A DNA stretch of 64,000 nucleotides, taken from the NCBI GenBank assembly GCA_965644315.1, contig CBFFRQ010000068.1:496001-560000 (forward strand), read 5' to 3'. Within the stretch, counting starts at the first letter, position 1. Each line of letters opens with the position of its first letter. Below are positions 35,410 to 47,200 of this stretch, one piece after another. A model generated the notes under the pieces. That model made no database searches, had not been told where the DNA came from, and worked only from the letters and a program-made list of their open reading frames with translations. This DNA comes from Caecitellus pseudoparvulus (taxonomy: Eukaryota; Protista; Bigyra: Bicosoecida). The translations under genes and the position numbers were made by a program.

Positions 35410-38400
35410 TCACTCATACTCCTCAGGGGAAGCACCGGGGCTGCAGCTGGTCTGACGGCCAGACGCATTCATGGCATGCACTGCTAGCATGGCTGAGTGC
35501 ACTTCCTTCAGCGCCTTGTGGAACCTGGGCGAATGTGGCGACGAGCGAATGGAGTCACACATGGCTCTCTGCACTACCCGCTGTCGCACAGGACTGCTGC
35601 CCACACTCAGTCGGGCAGCTTCTCGCTTGCTGCACAAAGCAGCTTCCTCTTGAGCCTTCGCATCTTGAAGCGCTTGCAGCTTGGAATCAACTGCTTGCAA
35701 TCGAAGAGAGGCCGCGCGAACTTGTCGCTGACGCAGCTGCCACTTTTGCCAGGGAGCAGCAGCCCGAGCCCTTGCTTCTGCACGTAACTCCCGAGTCATC
35801 GTCTGCAGCGCCTCTTCCTCAGCACGGTGCAGGGCAGAGATGGCCTCGCTCTCAGTCTGCCTGCCTTCTGCCATCACTCCTCGAAAGGCGGCTGCACACG
35901 CTTCCCGTGTCGAATCTCTCGCTGATGCGATGGCTGCGCTGCGCAACTCATCAATGCACGCAGGCAGGTCGTCTTCTGAACTGCCCAGCGCGCGCAAGAG
36001 ACCCAGTCGCGATGGACTGCTCGCCTTGAGTGTCGCCTCCGACGAAGTCAACGTGCCCGACCCAAGACCTCTGCCGTATCGCTCAGATGCCACGCAAAGC
36101 AGGCGAGCGGGCGACCCTGCTGAGGCTGCCTGTACCACCTTTTCGCTCTCAAGCAGCAACTCTTCAGCTGCTTCGTGGTTCTGGGCGAGGTGCACAGCAG
36201 ATGCTTCTTCCCGTGTTCTGTCCATCTCGGCCTGCAGTGCAATGCGGTCAGCTCTGAGACCCTCCAGCACCCTGCGGGAGGCGAGGACCTCAGCTTCCAG
36301 CTCGCGCCGTGTGTGTTGGAGCTGGCTTAACTTGTGACGCAATGCTTGAGCGTGTATGAACCGACTTTCTCGAAGAATCGCCAACCAGGCCCCGCCAGCC
36401 ACGCGCAGTAAGTTGCCCTCCCGCTCAGTCAGCACATCTTCGGCTACCGTGTCGGGCACAACTTGCGATTCGCTCTCCATGTTTGCCTGCAGCTCTCGGT
36501 CTTGCAGCGAACTTCCTAGTGGCTTGAAGTGAAGCCACCGGTCTGTTTCCGTGTCAGCCAGCCGTCGCGCCTCATGGCCGCCCAACTCGGCTTCGACGCT
36601 GTTCACTTCATGTGCAGCGGCTTGCAGGGAGTCAGACACTTGCAGCACCTGCTGCACCAGGAGGTCCACCTGGCAGGTCCATATCGTGGTCAACGCCATG
36701 CTCGTCACATCGGGTGCTTGAGGTTCAAGTGCTGCGGCCGCTGCCAGCTTCTTGGCCTGCCGGCTCACGGCCCGTGAGCTGTGCAGCGCAGGCAGCCTAC
36801 GAACGTTTGCCAGGGCCTCGCCGCTGCTTAGATCGGCACGACCACGAGAAAGTTTCTGTGCTGGAATGCCCAGGAAGGCGCAGATACCTTGCAGGTTCCC
36901 TGTCGTGATGCGGTTCGGGGCTGGAGTGTCCACGTCTCGCATGCGCCCTGCGCGGAGCAGCCGCTCTAGCGGATCTGAGGGGACCCCTGTCTGCAGGCAG
37001 CCCCACCTCGCTGCGCAAAGATGGGCATATGCCGCGTGCTCTGTGCTTTCCTCGAGGCACTGCAAGGCTCGCTGCCGCAGGGAATCCAGGTGCTGCCCCC
37101 ACTCAAGCACTCGACGTTTCGCGGGCCCGCCGACTCTCACGACTCCTGGCTGCTCGCCAAGAAGGGAATCTGCTCCTGAGGAGTCCAAGTGGCGGCGAGA
37201 TGACCGTCTGAAGTTTGGAGAGCTGTTTCCCAGCTGTTTGAGGGTGTCCCGTCGACCCAGCTGTCGAGCGGCTGTGTGGCTGTCGCTGGAAGCGACGCTG
37301 CTGGAGCTGGTGTCATCATCCGACTCTGTCCCGGCTGGCCCATTGATGTGACCGTAGCACTGACGGTCCATGGCAGCTGCTAACACAGCCATTCGTCTCT
37401 GCTGCTCAATTCCATTCTGTTCAACATCCGCACGTTGACGAGCAAGGTGGAGCTTGCGCTGGTCCACCTCAGCTGCGTAGTCCTGTTCAGCGATGATCTG
37501 GGCTGCCTCGGGTGGCACCCACACACGCTGCCCGGCAAAGACGTAAGGGGCGACAGGAACACTTGAGAAAGGGATCACCCATCCGCGCTCTGGAGAGGCC
37601 AGGACCAACTCCGACAAAGACGAAAGCGCCTCTGTGCTCTGCGCTGCTTGCGCCGCCTCTCGCTCACTTCCTGCTGACTCTGGCGGGTCTCGAGAATGCT
37701 CCTGAGCTGTGCTTTCCTTGCGTGACGGGTGACGGGTGGGAGATGGCTCCGTAAGTCTCACTGTCGCTGTTCTTGGACTTCGGGGGCGACTCCCTTGTGG
37801 GCCATGAGCTGAATCACGAGCGGCTGTGCCTCCCACAGCGCGTGCCCGGTCCATTTCTTGGACTGCTTTCCATTTCAATGAGTCGCTGCCCAACGAAACT
37901 TTCTCCAAGGCATCAGGTGATTGAGGGTGCACAGCAGAGGAGGCTATGTGTGCAGGGGTGCTACCCCTGTTGCGCGCCTGTGCCAGGCTGCGCGTGTTTG
38001 CTTCACGAAAAGACACGCGCCTCTGCGCACTGTCCGTCAAGATGTCTCCATCCCGCGCTGGCGAAAGACGCTGATCACTGCGTGCCTCTGGCAAGCACTT
38101 CTTCGCGTTGAGTGGAGTAGGTGCCGAAGGCTTTCCGCCGCTTTGAGGCGCTATGCTGAGGAGAGTTTCAGGTTCTGGGAAGTCAATGACAGGCACAGCT
38201 GCGGCTGGTAGAGAGCGCAGGCTGATGTCGGGAGCTGCAGGGACTGGAGCACAATGACTGCCTTCAGACATGTCGAACAGTCTGTACGACCAGCTTGCGC
38301 CCCTGGCTTGGCTCGCAGTCTCGCTTGCGGCGTCGTTGCGTTTCGTTGCGTTGCTTGTTGCAGCTCCTGGTGGCAACACCAGCGCAGGCAGCTTCTCACG

Positions 38401-38460
38401 CCAGCATACCACCCGCTCCAGCAGCCTCTGCATACCTGTTTGTACGTTGTAATTGTGCAT
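35410..38460 (-). CDS. Hypothetical coiled-coil protein (~950-1015 aa); start may be 38460 or 38271
   Basis: Long uninterrupted ORF with a disordered N-terminus and a heptad-rich C-terminal half. Its stop codon lies 2 bp from the stop of the opposite-strand gene. Confidence 0.7.
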   Translation of the reverse strand: MHNYNVQTGMQRLLERVVCWREKLPALVLPPGAATSNATKRNDAASETASQARGASWSYRLFDMSEGSHCAPVPAAPDISLRSLPAAAVPVIDFPEPETLLSIAPQSGGKPSAPTPLNAKKCLPEARSDQRLSPARDGDILTDSAQRRVSFREANTRSLAQARNRGSTPAHIASSAVHPQSPDALEKVSLGSDSLKWKAVQEMDRARAVGGTAARDSAHGPQGSRPRSPRTATVRLTEPSPTRHPSRKESTAQEHSRDPPESAGSEREAAQAAQSTEALSSLSELVLASPERGWVIPFSSVPVAPYVFAGQRVWVPPEAAQIIAEQDYAAEVDQRKLHLARQRADVEQNGIEQQRRMAVLAAAMDRQCYGHINGPAGTESDDDTSSSSVASSDSHTAARQLGRRDTLKQLGNSSPNFRRSSRRHLDSSGADSLLGEQPGVVRVGGPAKRRVLEWGQHLDSLRQRALQCLEESTEHAAYAHLCAARWGCLQTGVPSDPLERLLRAGRMRDVDTPAPNRITTGNLQGICAFLGIPAQKLSRGRADLSSGEALANVRRLPALHSSRAVSRQAKKLAAAAALEPQAPDVTSMALTTIWTCQVDLLVQQVLQVSDSLQAAAHEVNSVEAELGGHEARRLADTETDRWLHFKPLGSSLQDRELQANMESESQVVPDTVAEDVLTEREGNLLRVAGGAWLAILRESRFIHAQALRHKLSQLQHTRRELEAEVLASRRVLEGLRADRIALQAEMDRTREEASAVHLAQNHEAAEELLLESEKVVQAASAGSPARLLCVASERYGRGLGSGTLTSSEATLKASSPSRLGLLRALGSSEDDLPACIDELRSAAIASARDSTREACAAAFRGVMAEGRQTESEAISALHRAEEEALQTMTRELRAEARARAAAPWQKWQLRQRQVRAASLRLQAVDSKLQALQDAKAQEEAALCSKREAARLSVGSSPVRQRVVQRAMCDSIRSSPHSPRFHKALKEVHSAMLAVHAMNASGRQTSCSPGASPEEYE

Positions 38461-38494
38461 GAATTGTGTGCTTTGGCCGAAGTTGCCTTGTGCG

Positions 38495-39609
38495 CTACAC
38501 TGAGTACTTCGCTCCGCAGAGGGGGCACACAGCTTGCGGCTGGCCAAAGGCAGCCAAGCAGCTGGTGCAGACGTGGCCAATATCCAGTGGTGTGCCCGAT
38601 ATGGCACACGTGGCGCGCAGGTCCACTGAGCGCTCTGGCAGGGTCTTCACCACCTTGCGGAGGCTGGGCAAGATGAGGAGTGCTTGCACCAGGTGCAGGT
38701 GCAAGGCGGCACGCTGCTGTTCGTCGGGAACAGACACGATGCCCCGTGAGATGTGGGCCGCCTGCTGCAGAATGGGGCAGCAAGTTTCCCCTGCTGCCAT
38801 GACGCACACGTCTATGGGGGCTTCAACCTTCAGAGCTGAGAAGGCGCAGTTGACTGCGGCGGTGTGCAGCGCTGCAGCGGTGTGCTGAGCGGAGAGGACG
38901 AGGAACCAGGGCTCCAGCCGGCGCTTCGCCCTGCTGCGCTCCAGCAGCGCATTCAATCGGAGGGAGAGCATCGAGAGAGCAGTCACGACAGTGCCCTGGC
39001 CAAGGCCGCTCGGCTGCACTTTCCGCAGCAAGACAGCCCCTGGCGGCACCGGCGAAGCAGCAGGCGAGCTTGCTGGCGAGGTCGCTGGAGTGCCTGGAAT
39101 GCCTGTGGCGGGCGAACCCACAGCGCCCCCTCCCGCCCGCGTCACAACCACCGTCCCCTTGGTGCTGCCATCGTCTGGGAGCGGCTCTGCAGTCGCGGCC
39201 AAGGCCTGCAGCCTTGAGAGTGCTGCGTCCACTGGGGCGCGGGCTTCGCTCGGCTCTGCACCTTTGCTGGACCTGGGCAGCACGAACTCCCTGTGAAGGG
39301 CGGCAGCAGATACGTGGACCAGCACAGCGCGCATGCCTGCAGCCGCATGCCACCCACGCTGTGCGGCCGTTAAATCCCACTATCGAGAGTTCGTGCGCCG
39401 GGTGCAGCAGTGCAAGCGTCAGAAGCAAGTGCCGCAGCGCAGCCAGAGATTGGGCCAGCTCAGCTGTGTGCCCGCTCCACCCATCCCCGACGTCCACGGC
39501 GACAAAAAGCCCGGGGAGAGCTGCGAAATAGGACGAAAAATCGTGTATCACAGCTTTTTGAGACGGGTCGCCTCAATCTGTCGGTGTACGGACCTGCCGT
39601 CGCAGCCAT
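38495..39609 (-). CDS. GTF2H3: TFIIH subunit p34/Tfb4; introns 39521-39593 and 39291-39357
   Basis: vWA-like LFVAVDV start, ALSMLSLRLN, VNCAFSALKVEAPIDVC, ILQQAAHISRG, VDLRATC...IGHVCTSCLAAF...CPLC. Confidence 0.88.
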
Positions 39610-39799
39610 GATGGTCCAAATTCCGCGGCAACTCGTTTGCGGGGGCGGGGTGCACAGCAATCAAGACGACGAGCAGTGCGGACACTGAAGGTGATATCAG
39701 CGTGTGTGTCATCAATTTAACTGTTCTGATATCGCGTGGGTGACGATTTTTTCTGCTCAAGTGCAGTGCTTTGACTGTGCAGCAAGTGCCCGCTCCAAA

Positions 39800-41232
39800 A
39801 TGATCACGCCCCAGAAGCTCAGCCCAGGGCAAAACACGGGCAGTGGTGCGCCTGATTGTAGTCGCTCGCTGGGGCTGCCTCACCTCCCATCGCACAGAAC
39901 TGAGCCATTGGCCGTGGGTCAGGGCTGGAGCGCGCATTGCGTTTCGCCTGCGTTTTGCCATGAACCAAGCACAGGAGGTGGCCAACCAGGCCAAGCAGCT
40001 GCAGTCCTGGCGTGCCACGACCGACAAAGACTTGTTTGCTGCCTGGGACTCCCCTCTTACACCCGAAAATGTCTCAACCTTTGACCAAGCCGTTGACCGG
40101 AGAGGGAACTTGAATCCAGGTAATCCGTCAAACTACTGGCGCTTCATGCATGAAGAGGTGGACACGCCCCAGCTACTTGAAACAGAGCAGCGACTGGTGC
40201 GTGGCGCGGCGTGCACCCATCCCCCTGCACAGGCTCACCCCAAGCACGTGCGCCTGTCGACAGGTTGCTACCTACAAGCACTGGCAGTTGCTGGCAGCAG
40301 GGGCCGCAGGTGGAGCGGCTGCTGCCTGGCGCTGGGCGCGGCACAGGCCAAACCTGGCCATTGGGGTTGGATTCGGGGCCCTTGTTGGTACGTGCTGCAG
40401 CCCCCTCCCCTCTGCCTGGCCGTCGCACGCCCCGCCCCCCTCCGCCCTGTGCAGTGGCCACTGCCGCGGAGGAGGTCAACACTTGGCTGGTTCGCACAGA
40501 CCCAGCTTACTCTCGCGAGCAGGCACACCGGCGGGACCGCTACCGCTTGCGCATGTACGTGTGGGACCTGGACCGCCGCAAGATCGTCTTCCCTCGTGCG
40601 TTGCCGCTGAAACGCCGCCTCGCTCACTGCGCCAGCTGGAAGCACGCCCCCTCCCCACTGCAGTTCGGTGTGTGAGCACGGTGCTTGCAGGGGCAGCCGT
40701 GGCAGGCATCATGATTGGGCTGTCCCGGCGCCCGACCATGCCCTGGCCGCGGTGGATATCTTCCGCCAAAGGCGCCGCAGACCCCACCACCACCGGCCTA
40801 CCGCGAGCCCTGCCCCAGCGCAATGCCCTGCCTTGGGGAGGCTTCCCGCCCCCTGGCACGCTCGTGCAGGAAGGCGGCAACGCCAGCATGGTGCGGGTGG
40901 GGCAGCTCGTGGAGGCGGCTGTGGAAGGGTGGCGTGCTGAGACGGGGGCGGGAGCAGCGGACTTGCCGCCGCCCAAAGAGTTCTACTTCGCACTGCGTCG
41001 CACGTACGACGCACTGGTGGAGGATGTGTACGGGGGCGCAACACAGGCGCCAGGCCGCACGCCACTGGAGGACATTGCTCCGGGGGCTGATTTGTCGTGG
41101 ATGGAGGGTGTCCTGGACGACGAGGAGGAGGAGGGGGAGGAGGGGGGTGCGAGCATTGCAGAGCAGGTGGAGGCGTGGGAGGCAGAGTACCAACTGCACG
41201 CCGGCAGCACGACCAGTGCGGAGCCCAGGTGA
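39800..41232 (+). CDS. Hypothetical membrane protein (about 3 Gly/Ala-rich TM segments, acidic C-terminus); introns 39846-39897, 40197-40263, 40388-40454, 40596-40663
   Basis: Four GT-AG introns join three overlapping ORF fragments into a single frame. Confidence 0.65.
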
Positions 41233-41291
41233 TGATGTCCCACACAAGCATGCACCTGCGGCAACAGCGCCCCTTGCATTGTCCTCAGCAC

Positions 41292-44200
41292 TCACTGCGC
41301 GCCGCCCCTGGCCACGCCGGCCGGCTGCTGGTCGAAGGAGGGGAAGGTCTTGCGCCGCAGGCGGTCCACCTCCGCCCGCAAGTCCGCCAGCTCACCGGCT
41401 TGCTTGCGGGCCTTCTCTGCCAATGCACGGCGAGCTGCGACAGCCTTGAACTTGCGAGACTGCTGCGCCTTAACGCGGCGCACGGTGTTGCCCAGCCCGC
41501 CCGTCTTGCTGTGCAGGATGCCCTCCCGCACCGACACGGCCGCCTGCAGCTCCGCGTGGTGCGCCGCCAGCTGGTCGTTCTCGGCCTGCTTGTCAGCCAC
41601 CTGCGCCGCCAGGCGAGCGGCGGACCGGCGCAGCTTGGCCAGGGTGCGGGTGTGGGCGCTGGCGCTGTGCTTGCCCCGGGCCTCGATGCGGGCCAGGTCG
41701 CGCCGCTGCTTGTCCACGGGGTCCCCGCCCTTGATGAACTCCTGCAGCTCCTTGGTCACGCGCAGCAGCTGCATGTCTGTGAAGTACTCCTGTGCGTCCT
41801 GCCCCAGGGCTCTCAGGTACGTCAGCGTCCACTGCATGTACGCGAGCTGGGCGTGGAAGTCCAGCTGCTCCCGCAGCACGACGGCCTTCTCGCCTGCCTG
41901 CCGCACGACGCGGGCGTTCTCCACCTCCACCACCCGCCGCGGCAGGAGAATGCAGGAGCTGTAGTCACAGTACGGCGCGTCGTCCGTGGCTTCGTCCAGG
42001 CCCTGGGGCAGCTGCACCATGAGCAGGGCGTCACAGCCCGACACCTCCCGCTCCGCGAGCAGGGTGGTGAAGTGTGCCGTCAGCGCCTCCACGTACCGTG
42101 CCTGCCGGTGGTAGTCGTCCATGAGCAGGGAGAAGCGCTCCGTCATGTCCGACACCTCACGGGACAACCGCGCGAACTGCAGCTCCGAGGCCACCTTGGC
42201 AGCGCGTTCCCGCTGCAAGGCGGCCCACACGTCCGGGTGCAAGCTGTCCCCCACCGCCAACCCGTCAGGCAAGTCCTCCTCTGACAGTGGCTGGTTCGCC
42301 TCTGCCTCCACGGCCGCGCGGATCTCAGACAGGGGCGGCAGGGACAGCTCAGACGCTGACGCTGCGTACGGGTCGCGGCTGTCTGTGTGCGTGTGGTCCT
42401 CAGTGACGGCACCCGCCATGCCGTGCTCCACAGCCCAGGCGCGCGCGGCAGCCTCGCCAGCGGCACCTGGCAGCAGGGGCGCCGGGTCGTGCTTGCGCAG
42501 CTTGAAGGCGGCCAGGAGGGGGGTGAGCGTCTCCCTGTCCAGCGGCGTGGGGCTGGCGTCCTTGAGGGCATCCCGGATGCCGCGCTCAATGGCGCGATCC
42601 GCCTCCCGCGCTGCGTTCAAGGCTGACTGCTGGGCAGTGAGGGAGCCTTGGAAGTCGGCTGCCGCCTCCGCTGCAGCCACCTTGGCGCTCTCGGACGCCG
42701 CATGCCAGGCGATGATGCGGCCCTCCATGGCCACATTGTCGTCGCGGTCTGCGACGGCCTCCGCCAGGCGCAGGCAGTACAGCTCCAGCGCCGCGGACGA
42801 AGCGGCGATCTGGGCTCTGTGCCGCACGGCCCTGGCCAGCTTGGTGTCAAAGGCCGCAAATACGTCCTGCACATCCTGCAGCAGCTTGCGCATCTCCGCC
42901 TCCTGCTCCTTGCGCCGCTGCTCGCGCGCCTCCTGCAGCTCAGCGAAGCCGGCAGACCACGCCTCCGCCTCCCGGCGCTGGTCCTCCGTCCACGTCTCGG
43001 GGCCCGGCCCGTCGCCCTCTGCCTCCACCATGCACTCGGGCTTGGGACCCAGCTCCTCCGCCATGATGTCCAGGGGGTCCTTGCTCGCCAGTGTCCCGTG
43101 CATCATGTCATCCAGAGCACGGGTGGGGGCCGTGTCCCGGTTCGCAGCGGCCGCCGCAGCGGCGGCAGCCTCCCGCTCCGCCGCCGCCGCACGCTCGGCG
43201 TCTGACACGTACGGCTCGAAGCCGATTTCCGCCTGGGTCACCTGCAGCACCTCCTCCGGTCGCTCAGCAGGGGAAGAGCCAGGCGTACTGATGTCCACCT
43301 GCGCGCCCAACGTCGCGGCAAGCTCCTTGATGCGGCCGTTCAGCTTCGCGACGCGGGCGACGTCATCCGCCTTCTCTCGGGCCAGCTGGGCAAAGACGTC
43401 GTTGAAGGAGGCGTGCATGGCGCGCACCAGCGCCCCCACCAGCAGGATCTGTGTGCGGCGCTGGGCGGGGGAACGCACCGCCGCGGGGTGGTACAGCAGG
43501 CGGACGATGTCGGCGCCGCGCCAGTCCTGCGCTGCCCCGATGCCGTCCGCCTCGTCGCCATCCTCCACGCCGCCGGCAGCCTTGGCGCCACCGCCGCCGG
43601 CGGCCGCCTCCTCCACCTCGCCCTTGCTGTTCAGCACCCTGCCCTCCGCTGCAGCGCGCAACGCGTCCCAGTAGCCACTGGCCACCTTATGCAGGGCGGA
43701 TGACGGGTTCATGTCTTCCGGGTTCAGCGGCAGTGCCGCGCTGCCTTGCCTGCCTTGGCCGGCTTGGCTGGCGTCGGTGCCACTGGCGGCCAGCTGAATG
43801 CGCAGGCGCTCAGCGTGCACTGCCAGCCCCCCTGCCGAGTCAGTGACAGCCGCGGGGTTCAGGGCAGCCGGCAAGAGCCCCGCCATGGTGACCCACGACA
43901 TGTCGTGGGGCAGGTCTGTCAGCAGGCCGCGCCACACTGGCGCATGCAGCAGCCCGTGGCGGCCTGGTCCCGCCGGCTCCGCGTCCACCGTCCCCGCCAT
44001 GTCTGCCTGCTCCAGGCGCCGCAGCAGGGTGACGCGGTCCAGGACTCTCTCCTCGTCGTGGCCGAGGACAGGCAAGGGGAAGTTGCGCAGGGTGAGGGGG
44101 CGGGCCATGCCCACCAAGGCTGACGCCGGCGTCTCCATGCTGTCCCACACCTCCCGCGTGATGGCACCTGCCAGCGCCATGAGGTACGAAATGCGCACCT

Positions 44201-47200
44201 GCAGCTGTCCTCGCCGGGCCTCGGCGGCTGCAGCAGCACTGGCCCGGTGATCCGCCGCCCCCACCAAGTCCACCACGAACTCATCGCGGGACAGGCGCTC
44301 CAGCTCAGGGGCCGCCTCGTTGGCTGCCAGCACGGCATCCAAGCGCCCCTTGAGGGCCGCCAGCTCGGCCAGCGCCTCCGCCTTGGCTGCACTGCCGGCG
44401 GCTGAGATGGCTGCCTCGGTGCTGGCGGCGATGCGGGCCAGCAGGGGCGCACGCTCAGTGCCAGCCGCGAGGGGGCCTTCCTCACGCACGAGGGGTGTCG
44501 TGGGGGGGGTCTGGCGCGCCGCCCCGCCGGGGGTGCCGGGCCCGCCGCCATCCCCCCGCCCGTCCACACTGACCCGGCGCGTCATGGGCAAGCCTGGCGT
44601 GGCAGGCGTGGGGGAGGCCAGCCCTGCTGCACTGGTGGCGTCCTCCGCCAGTGCCACCTCCGGCGCAGGAGGCATAAGAGGGGCCAGCTCTTCCGCAGCA
44701 CGGTGCAGGGCCGTGAGCAAGTCGCCCTCGGGTCCCACGGGCGTTGCGGACAGGATGCCAGCGTCGCCCGTGACGCCTGTCGCGGCCAAGCTGCTGCCCT
44801 GGACGCGGGTGAAGCCAAGGCTGCCGTCAGCCGTGGCAGTCACGAGCACCTTGCCGTCCACGGTGAAGGTTGCTCCCGTGATGGGTCGGGCGTGCACGGC
44901 GATGGTGGACGCCGCCAGGACTTGGGTGGCCGCGTCCGAGGTGGCGCCAGACGCCGCAGCCGCCTCAGCGGCAGAGGGCCGTGCAGCCGCAGGGAACGCA
45001 ACACACTGCACCACAGCCAACCCTGCCGCATCCCCTGTGGCCACAACGAGGCTGGGGGCGCCCTTGGCGGACTGGAAGGAGGCAGTGCCCCCGTGGGAGG
45101 CGCCACCTGCCACAGCGACACACATGATGCCGGCGTCGTGAGCCCCAGACCACTGCTCCCACGGCACAAGCTCCGTCACGCCGTCAGCCAGGCTGCCAAG
45201 GTCGGAGGCCGTCTCCACTTGCCCCACCTCGTCCAGGGGCTGCACCGCCACCTGCAGCGTCCCGTCGCTGTCCCGCCCTGCGTACACCAGCCCCTCCCAG
45301 GCCAGAGGCAAAAGGGGCAGCGCCGCGTAACCCGGCATGACGGCGAGGGCCAGCTCCATGGGCACGAGGCTGGAGGGGCCCGCATCTGCCGCCCCTTCCT
45401 TTCCCTCCTCCTCCTCGTACGCCACTTCGATGAGGCCGGAGAGGGCCCCCACTGCCAGGCAGGATGTGGGCAGCACTTGCAGGGGGGTGGAGGGCCACTC
45501 CCCCCGCACCTGCCGCGCATACGGCGTCAAGTCCACAGCCCGGGGAGCACCGGCAGCGACGAGGTCCGCGCCAGTCAGCCCTGCTGGGGCACCATGAGGC
45601 AGAGGGGGCACGGTGTCCGTGGAGCCGAAGCTGCCGCTGGGCACAGGCAGGGTGACGACGCTGTTGTCCCCAGCACAGGACACGATGAGCTGGGCCATGG
45701 CCGCGGGAAAGGTGGCGGGGGGGGTCGAGCCAGGCCCACCCTCTTGCAGCGGCACCGATGCAGGGTATTGCCAGGCGATGGACGTGGGCGTAGTTCCCGG
45801 GGCGAGAGTGGCAGACGCCACGACGCACGGGCCGGCCTTTGCCACTGGCACTGCCAGTGCGGACGCGGACAATCGCGCCGTGAGGTGGGCGTGGCCCGCC
45901 AGCAGGGACAAGCTGTGCAGCACGACGGAACCGGCGGCGGCGGAGAAAGAGGCCATGAAGGGCACCGTGGGATCCGAGGAGAAGGCGATGCCTGACACGC
46001 CTCCCTCGTGCACCCAGTCTGAAAGCAGGGGCACGAGGGTGAACGGTGCCGCCGCCTTGCTTCCCACGTCGCCTGCCTTGTAAATGCCTGCGCGGTCTTC
46101 GCGCGGCGAGGGCACCAGGGCCAGGATGCGCAAACGACCAGTGGCGCTTCCCACGGCAATGATGGGCAGGCGGGGGTGTGCCGCGATGCAGGTAAGGGGC
46201 GCAACGATGGGGGTGCCCTCCTCTTCGTCATCCTCCCCCTCCGTGGCCGCCGCAGCCTTGGCCGCGTCAGCTGTCCCAGGGGGCGCCCCGGCAGCCATGG
46301 CCGCCCCTGCCCGGTCCTCGACAGCAGATCCCTGCGCCTCCTCCACCACGCTCAGGAGGCGGGCAGCCTCCGCCTCGGCATCCTCCTCCAGCACCGACGC
46401 AAAGTCCTCGTGGCTGGGCAGGCCAGATAGGGAGTCCCAAGCCTGCAGGCGCACCAGGACACTGCGCGGCACGCCCGCAGCCAGCAAGGCAGCAGGGCTG
46501 GCTCCCCCCAGGGCGGGACTAGCCTCGCTGCCCTCGGTGTCTGGCAGCAGCCCCGCCGCTTGCAGTGTCTCTGCCGGTGCGACGTCCAGGAACATGCACT
46601 TGGCAAGCTGCCGGCCAGCAGCTGCATCCCAAACGCGCAAGGTGCCGTCTGTGCTTGCAGTCGCGACAAGACACCCTCGCTGAGCCTTGGCAGCATCCCG
46701 CGGCGCCGGCACGGGCACCACGCCCAGCACGGCTCCACAGTGCCCATCAGCCACCACTGTGGACGGAGCTGGGAGAGGGCTGGAGGCACTGGTCGGCCTT
46801 GCAGCAGAGGCAGCGGTGCGCGGAGGCTCTGAGCTGGTGCCGGGAGCCGGCCCCCGGGCTGACGCCGCTGCACCTCGGCTGGTGCCAGCGCCGCCCTCGT
46901 CCTCCTCCACGACAGGCGGGTCGGCGATGGAGAGGGGCAGGCCCAGCACCGCCCCGTTCGCCATCCCGACGAACAGCTCCTCAAAGGCCGGGTCTGGGCT
47001 GAGCTGGGCCACAGCACGATGCAGGGCGTGGCCAGGGACATCGTGTGCAGCACAGAGGGACTGGGGCAGTCCCATGTCAGTGGGCGACGCGAGGAGGTCG
47101 TACACTGCAAAGGGCGGCGCGGACAGGTCTTTGGCATGGCGCAGGATGAGCTGCCCCTCGCTGGTGCCAAGGAGGAGGAAGTCAGCAGTGAGCGCCAGTG

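Noticed and set aside
38495-38607. Apparent same-strand coding overlap between GTF2H3 and the 1065-aa ORF
   Set aside because: The ORF-track start falls inside the Tfb4 zinc-finger coding region. Downstream ATGs (38460, 38271) remove the overlap.
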